The notes beneath the pieces are model-generated. The model saw nothing but the letters and a program-made list of their open reading frames with translations. It was not told the origin of the DNA and did no database searches. Positions 13,660 through 26,990 of a stretch of 64,000 nucleotides of DNA are shown here, piece by piece; the first letter of the stretch is position 1, and every line of letters begins with the position of its first letter. The DNA comes from the human T2T-CHM13v2.0 reference genome, Homo sapiens: the NCBI RefSeq assembly GCF_009914755.1, contig NC_060947.1; one strand, 5' to 3'. The translations under genes were made by a program, and so were the position numbers.

Positions 13660-13860
13660 AGGTCAGAGAAATCAACGTCAAATCCTGACTTTCCACTTAT
13701 TCCCATTTGATCTTAGACAACTTATTTAACTTGTCTTATCCTTAGTTTCCTTACCTCTAAAATGCTGGTATAATAGTACACACCCAATGGGTTACTGTAA
13801 GGACCAAATGGGATAATGTACATCATTTTCCTGTCATATAATGTGTGCTCAATTAGTATC
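13660..13860 (+). mobile_element. MIR
   Basis: aaatcctgactttccactt...ccttagtttccttacctctaaaatg. Confidence 0.7.
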
Positions 13861-14879
13861 AACAACTTTAGGAAATCATTTATTAGGTAAGAATCAAGTC
13901 TGATATTAATCTCACTCTAGACAGTTGAGCTAATTGTATGGCTAGGTAGGCATGCTGGCCACAGCCCTTTTATCGTCTTAGAGTAGAAACTTCTCAGAAG
14001 GCATCTATCCCAAACTTTTATCTTTAAATAAGCAAATCTCACCAAGTGTCCTGTTTCAAATAGGTTTTATTTATTTATGTATTTATAATGGCTAAATTTT
14101 TTCCCAATTATCTTATCATCTTCCCAATTTTGATCTAGTCTTTTTGTGCCTGTTGATCCCTGGCATTTTCCCTAGTTCTCAGCCCTTTGAACTTAACAAT
14201 CTTGAATGTCTCTAAGTTTGTTTCAGAGCTCCTGAAGAACTATGGTTCATAGTCACCTTATGTTTTTGTTTTTATTTTTCTACTACTGACCATCTCAAGT
14301 AAGATACCCTGATATGAGTCCAACCTTTTGGATGTGAAGCCTTAATAGCACCCCTCTAAGCTGGTGCTCCAATAGACCTATCCTAGATGGCCCATTCTAA
14401 CTCCTTTCAACAGAAGGTTAAAACTGAAGCAAGGTAAGTAGCTGGGCTAAATGAGCATATCAACCTTGAACATGTTACAACATGGAAAATAGCTCCATCT
14501 TATTGTTTCACTGGGTATGTTTTCAAATAGTGGGTTTATATGAACAGTTCAGATGTTAGTTCATTTAAACTGAACTTTAAAAATAACTCAGTGCTGGCTA
14601 AGGACTCTGCTGATCTGAAATAGAGTTTTTTTTCTTTTCTTTCTTTTTTTTTTTAGAGGCTTGTATTTGTCTAAGAAGAATAATGTGTTTTTTCCTTAAG
14701 GTTTTTGATTACTGAAAGTGATTCCATTTCAATGGCCAGAGTTATCTCAATAAGTCTGTTTAATTTGAAACAATAGTAAAATATTTGACCAAGTATAAAC
14801 AAGTAAGATAGGGCTATTTCTTCCCACTTTAATTTCCTTCTTGAAACGTTTACCACATTGCTGATTCAAAATCGTTTAT

Positions 14880-15120
14880 GGCTACCATTAACTGAGCTTC
14901 TGCTATGTGTTAGGTACTGTTTGTGGGTCTTTGAGTATTTTGCTTTAAACCTTCACAACGATTTTATCAGATAGATGTCACTATCACCTCCCTTTTTTTT
15001 TACTGAGAGGAAACTGTGGCTCAGAGAAGTCATGTACATTTTCCAAGTTCATGCATATAGAAGTGGCTGTAGTCTCTGTAAGTACACATTACTGTGCCCT
15101 TAATCACTACATTGCACTGC
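14880..15120 (-). mobile_element. MIR
   Basis: actgagcttctgctatgtg...gaggaaactgtggctcagagaagt. Confidence 0.75.
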
Positions 15121-15818
15121 CTTTCAATGCTTGAGGAACCTGCACACCAAATGAGGAACATCATACTGTGCAAAATAGTCACAACTCCTATCTCAAGTGA
15201 GGGCCTATGTATCTATGGATGTAATGAGTTTTTAACGAGATTCAATTCAAGTAACAATTTTGCCTCATTTTAGAGTTGCCACTGTTATGGAAATTAAAAT
15301 GGATTCCTTAGACACAAAGGGCTTAGCCTCACTACACTAGCCTACACTAATTTTCAAATTGGCCTCAGAGAAGCCAACTTGCAATACAGCAGGCAGGAGT
15401 AAGTGGCTCTTTAAAACCTGTTTACCACATGTGGAAATGCCTAGTTACTGCTTGAATGTTCATCCTTTTGTCTGTATCTGTGTTCAGATGCAGTCTTGGT
15501 TCAAGGACACTTTAGACCTGTATCAAAACAATAACTCAACACATAAAATCTAGGGTACAGTAAATGTCAATGATTACCACATATCTGCAGCACTGCTACA
15601 GAGAAGAGAGAAGAGGGAGCTAGGGAAGTGTTAGGCTGGTGTGTATTGAATAAGCTAGAGCTGCAGAATTTTTAGCCAGTCTTATGTACATTTTCACAGA
15701 ATAGCCACTATGAGCTGTAATCTGATTAGGAAAATCAAATTTATTTTTCTAATTGATTAGGAAAATAGAAAATGATGTACTATCCTTATATATTAAAACT
15801 TTATTATAGAAAATTGCT

Positions 15819-15962
15819 TACCTAATGCTAAATGACGAGTTAATGGGTGCAGCACACCAACATGGCACATGTATACATATGTAACAAACCTGCACGTTGT
15901 GCACATGTACCCTAAAACTTAAAGTATAATAATAATAAAATTTAAAAAAAAAGAAAAAAAAA
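15819..15962 (+). mobile_element. Very short, young L1PA (about PA3) 3' end
   Basis: Near-consensus tacctaatgctaaatgacgag...ccctaaaacttaaagtataat plus A-tail; perfect TSD agaaaattgct. Confidence 0.93.
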
Positions 15963-16552
15963 AGAAAATTGCTGGTAGACCGAGAAAAGACATTGAAATC
16001 TTGCCTAGGACAAGTTTTTTGTTTAATCTAGGAAAACCAAAAGAAGTACTTCCAGGAAGTTAAACATCCAAATTCAAGATATGTTTAAAAATACATATAA
16101 AACATCATGAATCTTAAGAAGGCAAATTTTTAAAAAGTTCACATCTAATGTTTCTAGTAAAGACAGTTTTATTACAATGTTTGACATTCAACTTCACTAG
16201 GGGTTTCATCTCTGGGAAAAAAACTTGTAGGCCAAACTAAATTAGGCATTGCCAAATACTACCTGTGATTCCAAACCAATATGTATTGAAACAGTTTAAA
16301 AAAAAAAACAGAAGATAGACGTGCTCAGTGTCCTCTATCTTATTCTCTGGTGATTGTTAGTCTCTGTTTTTAGAAATATTCTGCATAACTCTCATCTAGC
16401 CAAATTCGTACTGGAAACGCCGGTGAGACATTGACTCCAATCCTTTATTGCTAAATATAGGTAAATCTCAAAGTTTGGGAATGATTTGCTTAAGAACTGA
16501 TTTATAGCAGGTTCAAGACTGCTCTTTTAATACCATTCCTTTTTTCACTCGT

Positions 16553-17541
16553 ATTTTTTTCATTTTGGTAAGAAACACATAACATAAAATTTAGCATCTT
16601 AATTATTTTTAAAGTTCAGTAGTGTTAACATATACACATTGTTTTGCAACAGATCTTTATAACTTTTTCATCTTGCAAAACTGAAACTCTATACCTATTG
16701 AATAGAAACTCTCCATTTGCCTCTTCCTCCATCCCTGGGCAAAGACCATTCTACGTTCTGGTTCTAAGAGGTTGACTACTTTAAATACCTTGTATAAGAA
16801 GAATAATGCAATATTCGTCTTTCTGTGTCTGGCTTATTTCACCTAGCATAACCTTCTCAAGATTCATCCATGTTAAAGCATATTACAGTGCATTCTTCTT
16901 TATAAAGGCTGAATAATATTACTTTGTATGTATGTACCACATTTTCTTTATTCATCGATCTATGGACATTTGGATTGTTTCCACCTTTTGGCTGTTGTGC
17001 ATAATGTTGCAAGTAACAGATGTGTAGACATCCCTTTGAGATCTTATTTTCAATTATTTCAGATATATACCCAGAAGTGACATTACTAAATCATATGGTA
17101 GTTTTATGTTTAGTTTTTTGAGGAACCTTCATACTGTTTTACATAATGACTATACCAATTTACATTCCCACCAACAGTGCAAGGGCTCACATTTTTTCAC
17201 ATCCTTGCCAACACTTGTTCAACATTTTTGTTTTGATAGTAGCCATCTTAAAGGTTGCAAGGTGTTATCTTCTTGTGGTTTTCATTTGCATTTTTCTGAC
17301 GATTAATGATGTTGATCATCTTTTCATATGCTTATTGGCCATTTGTATATCTTCTTTGGAGAAAGGTCTATTTAAGTCCCTTGCCTATGTTTAAATTGAA
17401 TTATTTTGTTGTTGTCTTTGTTTAGATGTAATTCTTTATATGTTATGGATCTTAACCCTTTATAAAATATAAGGTTTGCCAATATTTTCTCCCATTCCAT
17501 AGGTTGCCTTTTCACTCTGTTGATTGATTCCTTTGCTGTGC
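16553..17541 (-). mobile_element. L1MA/L1MB-type 3' end
   Basis: Antisense 3'UTR and ORF2 end (tttacattcccaccaacagtgcaaggg; gttttcatttgcattt). Confidence 0.85.
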
Positions 17542-17834
17542 CTCCATCACTTCTATTTTCATATACTTTCTCGAGCAGATGAGAAAGGAATGGAGTGTCA
17601 GTTAGGTAACTGGGTACTGCCTATGAGAAATGTTGCTCATCGGATAAATGTGTTCTGGTAGAGAGAAGAATGGGACCTGCTGATTTACAGTGTTGGGACA
17701 TGATAATTACCACTATACAGACAGCTTATCCCCCTATTCTGCCATTGATTATAAGCTATTTTTCTATTTTTGACTATTTTTTCTATTTTTGAATATTAGC
17801 TAATTTTCATTATTTCTTCTTGCTCCTATGGCAT

Positions 17835-18150
17835 TTCATTTATCCATGCATGCATTCATTCATTCATTCATTCATTCATTCATTCAAGGGACATGTATTA
17901 AGCATCTTTGTTGTTCCAAGCACTGTTCAAGGTACTTGAGAGATAATAGTGAACAAAAGAGACAAAAATTATTGCCATTATGGATCTTATGCCCTATAAT
18001 TTGGATATAGTAAATAAATGATGATGAAGAGTGCTATAAAGAAAAATAAAGTAGGATAAGGCAATAAAAATTACTCTTTTGGAAGGTTTCTATTTTAGGT
18101 AGATGATTTGATAAGGCCTCTCTGATGCAGTGGCATTTCAACACAGAAGA
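17835..18150 (-). mobile_element. L2 3' end with (CATT)n tail
   Basis: cattcattcatt run followed by tattaagcatc...ccaagcactgttc. Confidence 0.8.
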
Positions 18151-20482
18151 CAGTAAAAATCATTAGCTGAATGATTTTAGTGGCTTGTAGCATCTAACTA
18201 GAAATGTGTATCTCTATTGCTACTGTAGGGATAGGACTGACAAGAGGTCCCAGGCACTTGAGTCTTCCGATTTGGACTCTGTCTATTCTGAACGATGCTA
18301 GAGATCTCTGTTTGGCTTCCCCTTCCTAGATCTCATGCACATGATCTTTTCTGCTAACTTAGTCTTTCTTAATATATATTAGAAGCATTGCTTTCCAGGT
18401 GGCAGATGGCCACTTAGCCAGGAAGATTGTTTTTGAGGGAGAAAAAAGTAGTTCAATTATCTGTGCTCAAAATCAAACAAATATTTGAGACTTATCTGTC
18501 TTTTCTTCACACATCCTTTAAGAAACATGTTGCCCTGTGTGACTAATTTACACATTCAAATGCTTTTAAATATGCCTAATCATGTTTCTGGCCTAGGAAG
18601 GAGGAAAATGTCAGTATTATTTGTTCCAAGACTCCTCCTAGAAATATCTCTACGAGTTGATTTCTTCAATTTTTCTGTGGGTTTCTCATTCCTGTCTTTG
18701 ATCTGTCCTTGATCTCTGATCCTTTTTGGCAAGAATCTTGACTCCACGTCTGCTTCTAGACCCACCTACTCCTCACTTATCTCAATGTCTTTCTATAGCC
18801 CATTCCTCCAGCTCTGGATCTACCTGATAATGCCATAGATTTTCACAAAAAATAAGATAGTTGTCTGCCTTATGTCATCTTCAGAAACTAGCTGTTATGG
18901 ACCAGTCACTCATGGATATATTTATTTTCTTTGTGTGTGTGTGTATCCTCTTATTTGTATATGCATACTATCTATGGTGTAAAGAATTACTTCCTCTTGT
19001 TTGCCATAAAACCAGCTAGTTTAAGCTACAAGGAGTGTCCCCTAGATCTGGTGTTAATATGTGCTTAATGACATTAAGGTCACAGTTTTTAATGTCTGTT
19101 TACATTAACTTCACACTGCTATCCCTCAAATCCTATTTTGTTGCCACAGATACCACTGATGCCTTAGGTCACAAAGGATCATGAGGGAAAATTATTTTTT
19201 ATTCTCCCAAACAATTCCACCCAAATTAGACTCAAACTCTCCAGCCAGGTTTTCAAGGCTCTCCACAATACAATCCCCACCTATTCTCTGAAATGATTTT
19301 CTATTACTCCCTTATGTGTGTACCTTTCTTTCCAGCCAAACAGGATTATTTTTTCCTCCTCAAACAGGCCACATTTGTTTTTGGACTACGTGTCTTTGTC
19401 ATTCCCTCTCTCCGGAGGAAACACTTACCACCTATTAAACTATGATTGTGGAAAACTACTGATTATCAAAGTTTTGTTCAAAGCTTTAGTGGGGGTGCTG
19501 ACCTGAATTTCTTGCAAACATTCTTCTTTATTCCTTAGCAGAAAGCCTCTGCTCTAGCCCAAATGATCTATTCCTCTTTCCACAACCATTCAATACATAT
19601 GTTCAGTGCTGTGATTTTGCTCATGATATTCCTTGTGCTGAAATCTTGTGGGGAAATTAAAGAGAGCCTACCAATAATTATAAATCAAACTAAAGAGAAG
19701 TGTTTGGGTACTTTGAAGTAACTTGTAGTTGGGAGGATTAGGAGAGCATTTCAGATAACTTTGAAGTATAAATAACATTTAAATGGGCAGATACAGATAG
19801 GTTTCCTTGTGGGAGGGTATCACAATGAATCTAGCACATGGTAGGCACTTAATATATATTTGTCAAATGAATGAATACATGAAGAATGAATGGATCAGTG
19901 TGCTAGCCTGTATCTGTATCAGTGTGAATGAGTTAATCACATCTGCTCTTTCTTGATTAGGACATATTTGGAACAACATAAGGGCATTAGGTGCCTAACA
20001 GGAGAAGAGGTATATACGTTAATAGAGGTATATCAGTAGAAGATAAGAAATGCCTGCCTCACAATTTTTCTAAACGCTGGTCCAGTTGAAATAATAATCT
20101 AAGGGTCTGTGGTAGCTGTTCAAGGCTGTGGAGTACATTTTTAGGCTTATAGGCTTTGTCATGCCCTTATCTTCCAAGGTAGACCTCACTGCAGAAGGAT
20201 ACCACCCATTTGTACCTACCTGTGGGAATTTTCTCCTTGATCATTTTGGGTTTGTTTCATTCATACCTCACAGGAGAACTTTACAGTTTTATTATGATGG
20301 CTATATCTGGAGTTCTTGCAATAATTCCCTTAGCTGAAAACTTCCCATTCCAGTCCCATTCCAGTGATAATCTGAGCTTCCATTTGAAGTTTTCAAAGGG
20401 CTTTAATATAAATCATATCTAGTGCTACCCTGATGTCAGCTTTATTATAGAAATAATCAGTGACTCAAATTAGGTAAGAGAG

Positions 20483-20790
20483 GGCCAGGCGTGGTGGCTC
20501 ACACCTGTAATCCCAGCACTTTGGAAGGCTGAGGCTAGAAGATTGTTAGAAACCAGGAGTTCAAGACCAGCCTGGACAACATGGCAAGATCCTGTCTCTA
20601 CAAAATGTAAAAATAAATTTAAAAAACTAGCTGGGTGTGGTGGTGCACACCTGTAGTCCTAGTTACTCAGGGGGCTGAAGTGGAAGGACCACTTAAGCCC
20701 AGGAGTTTGAGGCTGCAATGAGCTATGATGGCACTACATCACTTCAGCCTGGGTGACAGAGCAAGAGCCTGTCTCTGAAAAATAAATACA
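20483..20790 (+). mobile_element. AluJ
   Basis: Full dimer with J-type motifs (agcccaggagtttgaggctgca, gagctatgat); approximate TSD aaat(t)aggtaag. Confidence 0.9.
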
Positions 20791-20929
20791 AATAGGTAAG
20801 GGTGGTAAGTAGTACATGCGGGGGATGTCCTGATATCATCTTAAGTAACAGTGAATAGGCCTGAAAAAATGCTATGGGTCATGGAAAGTGGGTCTCCACC
20901 CTTTAGACCTTAGTCATTAATAGTCACAA

Positions 20930-21850
20930 GAACAGAATAGAAAATTCAATTGGCCAATAAACATATGAAATTATGTTCTGCCAAATGCTAATCAAAGAAA
21001 TGAAAATTAAAACCCTAATAAGATACTATTCATCAAAATTTCAAAAATAAAAAAAATCAGATAGTACCAAAGGCTGGTAAGAATGTGAGGTACAGGGAAT
21101 ACTGGTGGGAGCATAAATTGATATAACCTCTATGGTGAATAATTAGGCAGCAGCACTTAATGCAACTCAAGTTGCATACAACCTACCATTTTACCCTTAG
21201 CATGTACGAATATGTATTGTATTTTATCTTGGTATATACCAGAGAGAAGTACTCACCCATAAACTTCAGGAAGAATGTACAATAATGTTAGCATGTACAA
21301 TAATTGTGTCATTCATTCAATACACATTTATCAAATATCTGCTTTATTCCTGGCACTGTTTGGAGCTGGGATTACATCATTAAACAAAGCAGACAAATAT
21401 CCCTGTTCTTGTGTTTTCATTCAAGTAAAGTAAAGCACTCTTTGTTATGAAGAAAAAATGAAAATTGCCTAAGTCACCATCAAGAGGAAAATGAGAAATA
21501 ATGTGTTTTCTTAAACAACATAATACCATAAAACAGTACCTCACAGAACTAGATATTTCTCATTGATTTTTGTGAAAAAAGCAAGTTGCAGGATGATGTT
21601 GTATATAGCATTTATGTTAATGTTTTAAACAAAAAAATGCTAAATACTTTGTAGGTAGATGTATGTGCATATAAATGTGTTACAATAAAAAAGAAATGGA
21701 AGGATACTCATTATGCTGGTTGCCCCTAGAGAGTATATGTGTGTGGATGGAGAAAATAAAATGGAATTTTGGATGAGGATAAAGATTACTTCAATTTTAC
21801 CTGTAATATTTGATTTCCTTTATTTTTTAAAAAAGAATGGCAAAATGTTA
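20930..21850 (+). mobile_element. L1ME-type 3' end with nested L2 fragment (~21310-21430, minus)
   Basis: ggccaataaacatatgaaa...aatcaaagaaatgaaaattaaaac; L2 tail cattcattcaatacacatttatc. Confidence 0.65.
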
Positions 21851-22275
21851 AAGTCATAGTCTGTTTAGTGTTATAAAGGAATACTTAAGGCTGGGTAATT
21901 TATAAAGAGCAGAGATTTATTTGGCTCATTATTCTGATGTCTGGAAAAGTTTTAGATTGGCCATTGTATTTGGTAGGGGCCACAGGCTGCTTTCTCTCAT
22001 GGCGGAAGGTAAAAAGAAGCTGGCATGTATAAATATCACATGGCAAGAGAGGATGCAAGGGGTGAGGCGTACCACGCTCTTTTTAACAACCAGCTTTCTT
22101 GGAAACTAATAATCGTGAGAATTCACTCACCCCTAAGAAAGGATATTATTCTATTCATGAGGAATCTGCCCCCATGAGCCAAACTCCTGCTACTATACCC
22201 ACCTTCCAACACTGCCACACGGAGTATTAAATTTCAACATGAGATTTACAGGGGACAAACATCCAAAGTACAGCA
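21851..22275 (-). mobile_element. MaLR solo LTR (MSTB-like)
   Basis: aggctgggtaatttataaag...atttcaacatgagatt...ggacaaacatccaaa; 5-bp TSD gttaa. Confidence 0.85.
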
Positions 22276-25009
22276 GTTAATAATTTCCTATTCTGGGTAG
22301 TAGGCTTTTTTTTTTTTTAATAAAAATGTTTTTATTTTTGCTTTTATATTGAGTACTCAAAAAAAAAAAAAAAAAGGAAAAGAAAGGTAATTAACCAAAA
22401 CAAGAACAAGTCAATGCATGATAAATGCTGAATGGGTGATATGCAATTTGCTCCTTCCCTCCCTTGTTTCTTTCTTTCTTAGCTTCCTTTATGTCTTTCA
22501 ATAATACCAGCCCACTCTACCAGAACTTATTTTTTTCATGATGACATGAATTCCTGTCCAAATTTCAACTCAATTGTTCGGAGCAACTGCAATGTGAATA
22601 CCTGTTGTCACAAATAAAATGACCATGAGACCTACCAATTCATGGTTACAGATGGAAACTATATCATCACTTTTGCCCATTTCAGCTTTTGGACTAACTT
22701 TTCCATATTTCAGCCCCAATCGTGTATGCATAATTGTGATTACTTCAAAGATAATGCTCAGTTTATGGCATGGAGTCAAGTGAGGTGATTTTATATGATG
22801 AACTTACTAGAAATATAAAATTGTCTATAAAATGTTGACATACATATATTGTTGATAATTTTATAGTAATAACCATGTTAAAGATTTTAATATGGATTTG
22901 TAGAAGTTACCCATTGTATACATAAGAATATTCATTACCAATTTAACATGAAATGAGGAGGGGGACACAGAGAGAGGAAATGATTAGGTGAGAGTTTTTC
23001 AATGCAATAATCACCAACCACTTCAGATTTTGTCTAATAAATACCATGTAATGACAGCATATGTGTTCACGTGATAGGCTTGTTTAACGGAGTTAAGGTT
23101 ATAGACTGTAGAATAAAGTGATTTATTGGGAATCGAGTTCTGTTACTCACCACAGCAGTGTGCAGGATGTGAGTGATGTCCTGTAGATTAACAACTCACA
23201 AAGAGAGCTCTCAATAACTACTGCTGGTGGTGATGATTACTTGCAACCACTTTGTTTGGGAGAAAGCCTTTCAAGTGATGAAAAGAAAACAAATCTTCAT
23301 CCTCATCTACATTATCAACAGGGGTCCATTTAACCAGAAAAGAATTTGGCATTCAAGATAGATTCTAATATAAGCTGTTAATTCATAGAGAGCAGGAGCA
23401 TTTTTTAAAAGTCCCACATTTCTAAAAGTTATATGACCAACCAGTTAGTCTTTTAATGGTATAAGCTCAAAAGCGAATGTATGTGGTGGGTCCCTATGTC
23501 AAAGGCAATGCTTCCACAAACCGTATGAGAAAAATCTGTCTCCACATCTTGAGGTTACACCTTGGCCTTCTCAAGTCATTTTTGCACAGTGAGATCCTGT
23601 AGACTCAGCTTTGCTACCCTGGGGCCCAGAAACTCACTAACAAATTAAAAAGCTGAGTATAGAATGGGGACATAGGACAAACTGAAGAATTGAGACTAAG
23701 CAGTAGATAGGATAGTGTTAAAGCCACAAAGTTTTGCACGGCCAGTGCAGAATGTGACAAGTTGGCCACCTCTTGGAGTCAGTGCTTTAACTGCTGCTTA
23801 TAATGGGATGAATTCAACTTGAAACTGGCCACATTGGTATGCACTCACACATGCTGTTGGTTTTTTAAATGTAAAGATGTTATGTTGCTGTCTGTTTGAA
23901 TTGCCCTGACAGGTGGTGGTTATTCAAGCAATAACTCAATTTTGGCCATGGAGTGATTTCATTTGAAGAAGGGTGTTTAGTTTGTATGGAGGCTTTGGAA
24001 TGCTAAGATCTAGTTATCTTACCTCTAAAATGTAGACCAAGCATTTCAGGCTTCTTCTTGACTCTTGATGTCTGAAGGGGTCTTCATGTTACAACATGGG
24101 GTTAATTTACTTCTGTTCTGTTCTGACCCATGTAACCAGACAAAGTGATGAAAACATCTTAATGAACTGGAAAACCTCATGCCGGTGACTTGGGGAAAAG
24201 AAAGTCTTACTTCAAACATCCTAGAAGCATTAGAAAGCTACAGGTATGTTAAAACTGTAGCCTCTGACTCCTACTGTGGGAAATGCACAATCTTATTTAT
24301 TAACGGCCATCTGGGCTGCACTGCAAAGCATTGCAATGTTACTTAAAGCCTACCTGTGATCAGCTATACAACTCAAAAGTAACAGAAAAGTTCTGGCACT
24401 CTTAGCACTAATAAGCCAAACACAACACTGACGTAAATGGATACTGTAGCCATGTACAAACAGAAAAATTTTAATATTTACCTGCATTCCACAAACTAGG
24501 CACACAATATAAAAATAAACAGTTAAATAAATATTTTACTTTTTCTATTCCTACAGCAAAACCTTATAACTACCATGAATATAACTCAATTAGTGATTGG
24601 CTCAAATACCCCACCATGCCCCATTCTCAAGTAGTAGTGGGTTATCTTTCTGAGATAGCTACAGGGGTTCCAAGAATAAAGGTATTAAGTGGAGTGGACA
24701 GCTGCTACTAAGAGGTGCCAAGCTACATCTGGAAGCCAAATGGATTATATTAGTACAGCTGGACTCTTGAAAATGGAGGCCTGCTAGCTGTCGGAGATCA
24801 CCTGGTCATTATATTTAACCTTGTAATGCTTCAACGCTACATTTTTCAATTGAATTTTGGAACTTTTCTGGCAAACATAATTCAAAAAAAAAACATTGCA
24901 ATTTGGATCTTACTTGTTGACTTATGGCAGAAATTTTTACTATACTACTATTACTGTCTTACTTTAACTAGTACTAATGTTAATATTACTACTGTTATAT
25001 TAGCAAGAT

Positions 25010-25240
25010 CTACCCTACATTGAACACTTGAGTGTTGTCATGAACTGTGCTTTACATAACTATCTCATCTAATTCTTACAGTAACCTTAAGAGATAGGTG
25101 CTGTTATTATCCCCATCTTAAAGAAACAGAGGGTCAGAGAGGATAGATAACTTCCCCAGAGTCACGGATTGATAGAGTGAGATTCAGGCCCAAAGTTTTT
25201 GACATCAAAGCCCCAGTGGCTAACAAGTACTATACCACAT
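25010..25240 (-). mobile_element. MIR
   Basis: tctcatctaattcttacagtaacc...ttattatccccatctta...gaaacagagggtcagagagg. Confidence 0.8.
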
Positions 25241-26533
25241 TGTATGCTTCCTTTTATTGGACTTTCTTCTTCTATGGTTTATTAGAGATCTAATAAAAAC
25301 CAGAGATGTAGCCAGGGTGGACCCCACCCACTTGCCCTATTTCTTCTTTCTCCTCTCCTAACCAAAGAGAGTTGAAATGTTGACCAAGAAGACAGCATTT
25401 CTGGGAAGCTAGGAAAGGAAGAAGTCTGTCCATTAAGCATCTGTTTACATTTTTAATTAACAAAGTATAATGAGACCCTTTCTGATGAGTTGCAGGACCC
25501 AGAATGGAAATTTATACCACTACATGCTTTTAATGAAAATGTGTTCTTTGCTAATAACTTCAAAATGAAACACGTTATTGATGCAATATGGACCAAAAGT
25601 GTGGCCAAGCACTCAACTGGAAGAAAAAACAAAATGAAAAATTGTCCCAAATGACCAAAGTAGACTAAAATTAGTTATAAAATAAATTGGCAAATCCAAG
25701 GAGAGCTTCTAACTTTCTTTCTCAATCAAATTAAATACACATATGTAGCTTGTTAAAGACTTAATGCCTAAATTTTAACAAAAATATCATTATCACTTGT
25801 ATATTGGTGACTGGCACTGAAGTCATGCTCAATTGGAATACAATTTGGTTATCTATAATGCAGGCAATTAATAGGCCCAGAATTATATAAATGCACCTAC
25901 TGGCATTCTAGTATATAAAGTCTTTTCATTTTACTCTCCAAACCTTATAACCTAAGCTTTATCCAAAAGGAACAATAAAATATCTCTTGCACTATTTCTT
26001 TCCCAGAGTGAGAGTCAGAAAGAGGCTGTTTTGTTTCATTTACATTTGTTTTGTTGGACTTAAAAGGCTGAGGGTTGACTTCATCATACGAAGTTACAGC
26101 ACACCATCACCACTAGTTTGTGCAAGTCCCTGCTATCTATCCTATCTATCTATCATCTATCTATCTAATTTTTATCCCCATTTCCCACTTCTGTTATTCT
26201 CCCCTTATAATAGGCAGTCATTCTAATGCACATGACATGCATTATTTCATTTATGGTTTTTGTAAAATGTTTATTATTATTTTGTGTGCACATATTTTTA
26301 GTTTACATAATTAGCAGGGTGCTTATTCATGTTACATATATAAATATATATATATTTTTATATTCAAAGCATATAATTACAAGATAAGACTTTTTTCTTT
26401 TTTCCCAGTTAGTTTTATCCACTCTGGGAGAATAGGCATATCAACTGTAAATTGTAGAAAGTAAAGTATGGCCAGATCCATACAGTGATTTTAGTTTGCA
26501 AACTGTAGCACTACTTTTAATGGAGGTACACAC

Positions 26534-26609
26534 ATCTTGAATTAGATTCTCTTTAATTCTTCCAAAATATTATCTTGAATTAGATTCTCTTTAATTCTTC
26601 CAAAACATT
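26534..26609. repeat. 38-bp tandem duplication (2 copies, 37/38 identical)
   Basis: atcttgaattagattctctttaattcttccaaaa(t/c)att x2. Confidence 0.95.
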
Positions 26610-26859
26610 CATGCTTCACAGTTCTTTTTTGCTAGTTGACTAATCTTAATAAACCTCAGGACAAAGTATAGGTTACTTGCAATTATGGGTTTTAATTGTG
26701 TTGTGACGTCCATGTTTGTACAGCTATCTGATTACCCAAACTTGTCTCAGCCTGTTTAAATGAACAGCACTGAAACAATCAGTAAAAGGTACTAAAAATG
26801 AAGTATTATTTACAAAGATGAGCTGGACAAAATGTAAATATACTTTTGATGTGTTAGGA

Positions 26860-26990
26860 ACCCCGAATTCCAGTCCTGGCTCAATTTCAATCTCACTGTG
26901 TCAATCTGAGCAAGTCTTCTCTAGGCCTCCATATATAAAAATGAAGAGTGTGAAATAGGTACATTCTAAGGTTCCTCGTAGCATTATTAT
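26860..26990 (+). mobile_element. MIR3-like fragment
   Basis: aattccagtcctggctc...ctaggcctcc...aaaatgaagag...ctaaggttcc. Confidence 0.55.

Noticed and set aside
20128-20422. Hydrophobic short ORFs resembling membrane peptides
   Set aside because: T-rich composition produces such peptides by chance; starts are non-ATG and there is no exon structure.
25466-25655. Open plus-strand frame of about 60 codons (YNETLSDELQDPEWKF...)
   Set aside because: No pyrimidine-tract acceptor, no donor and no recognisable homology.
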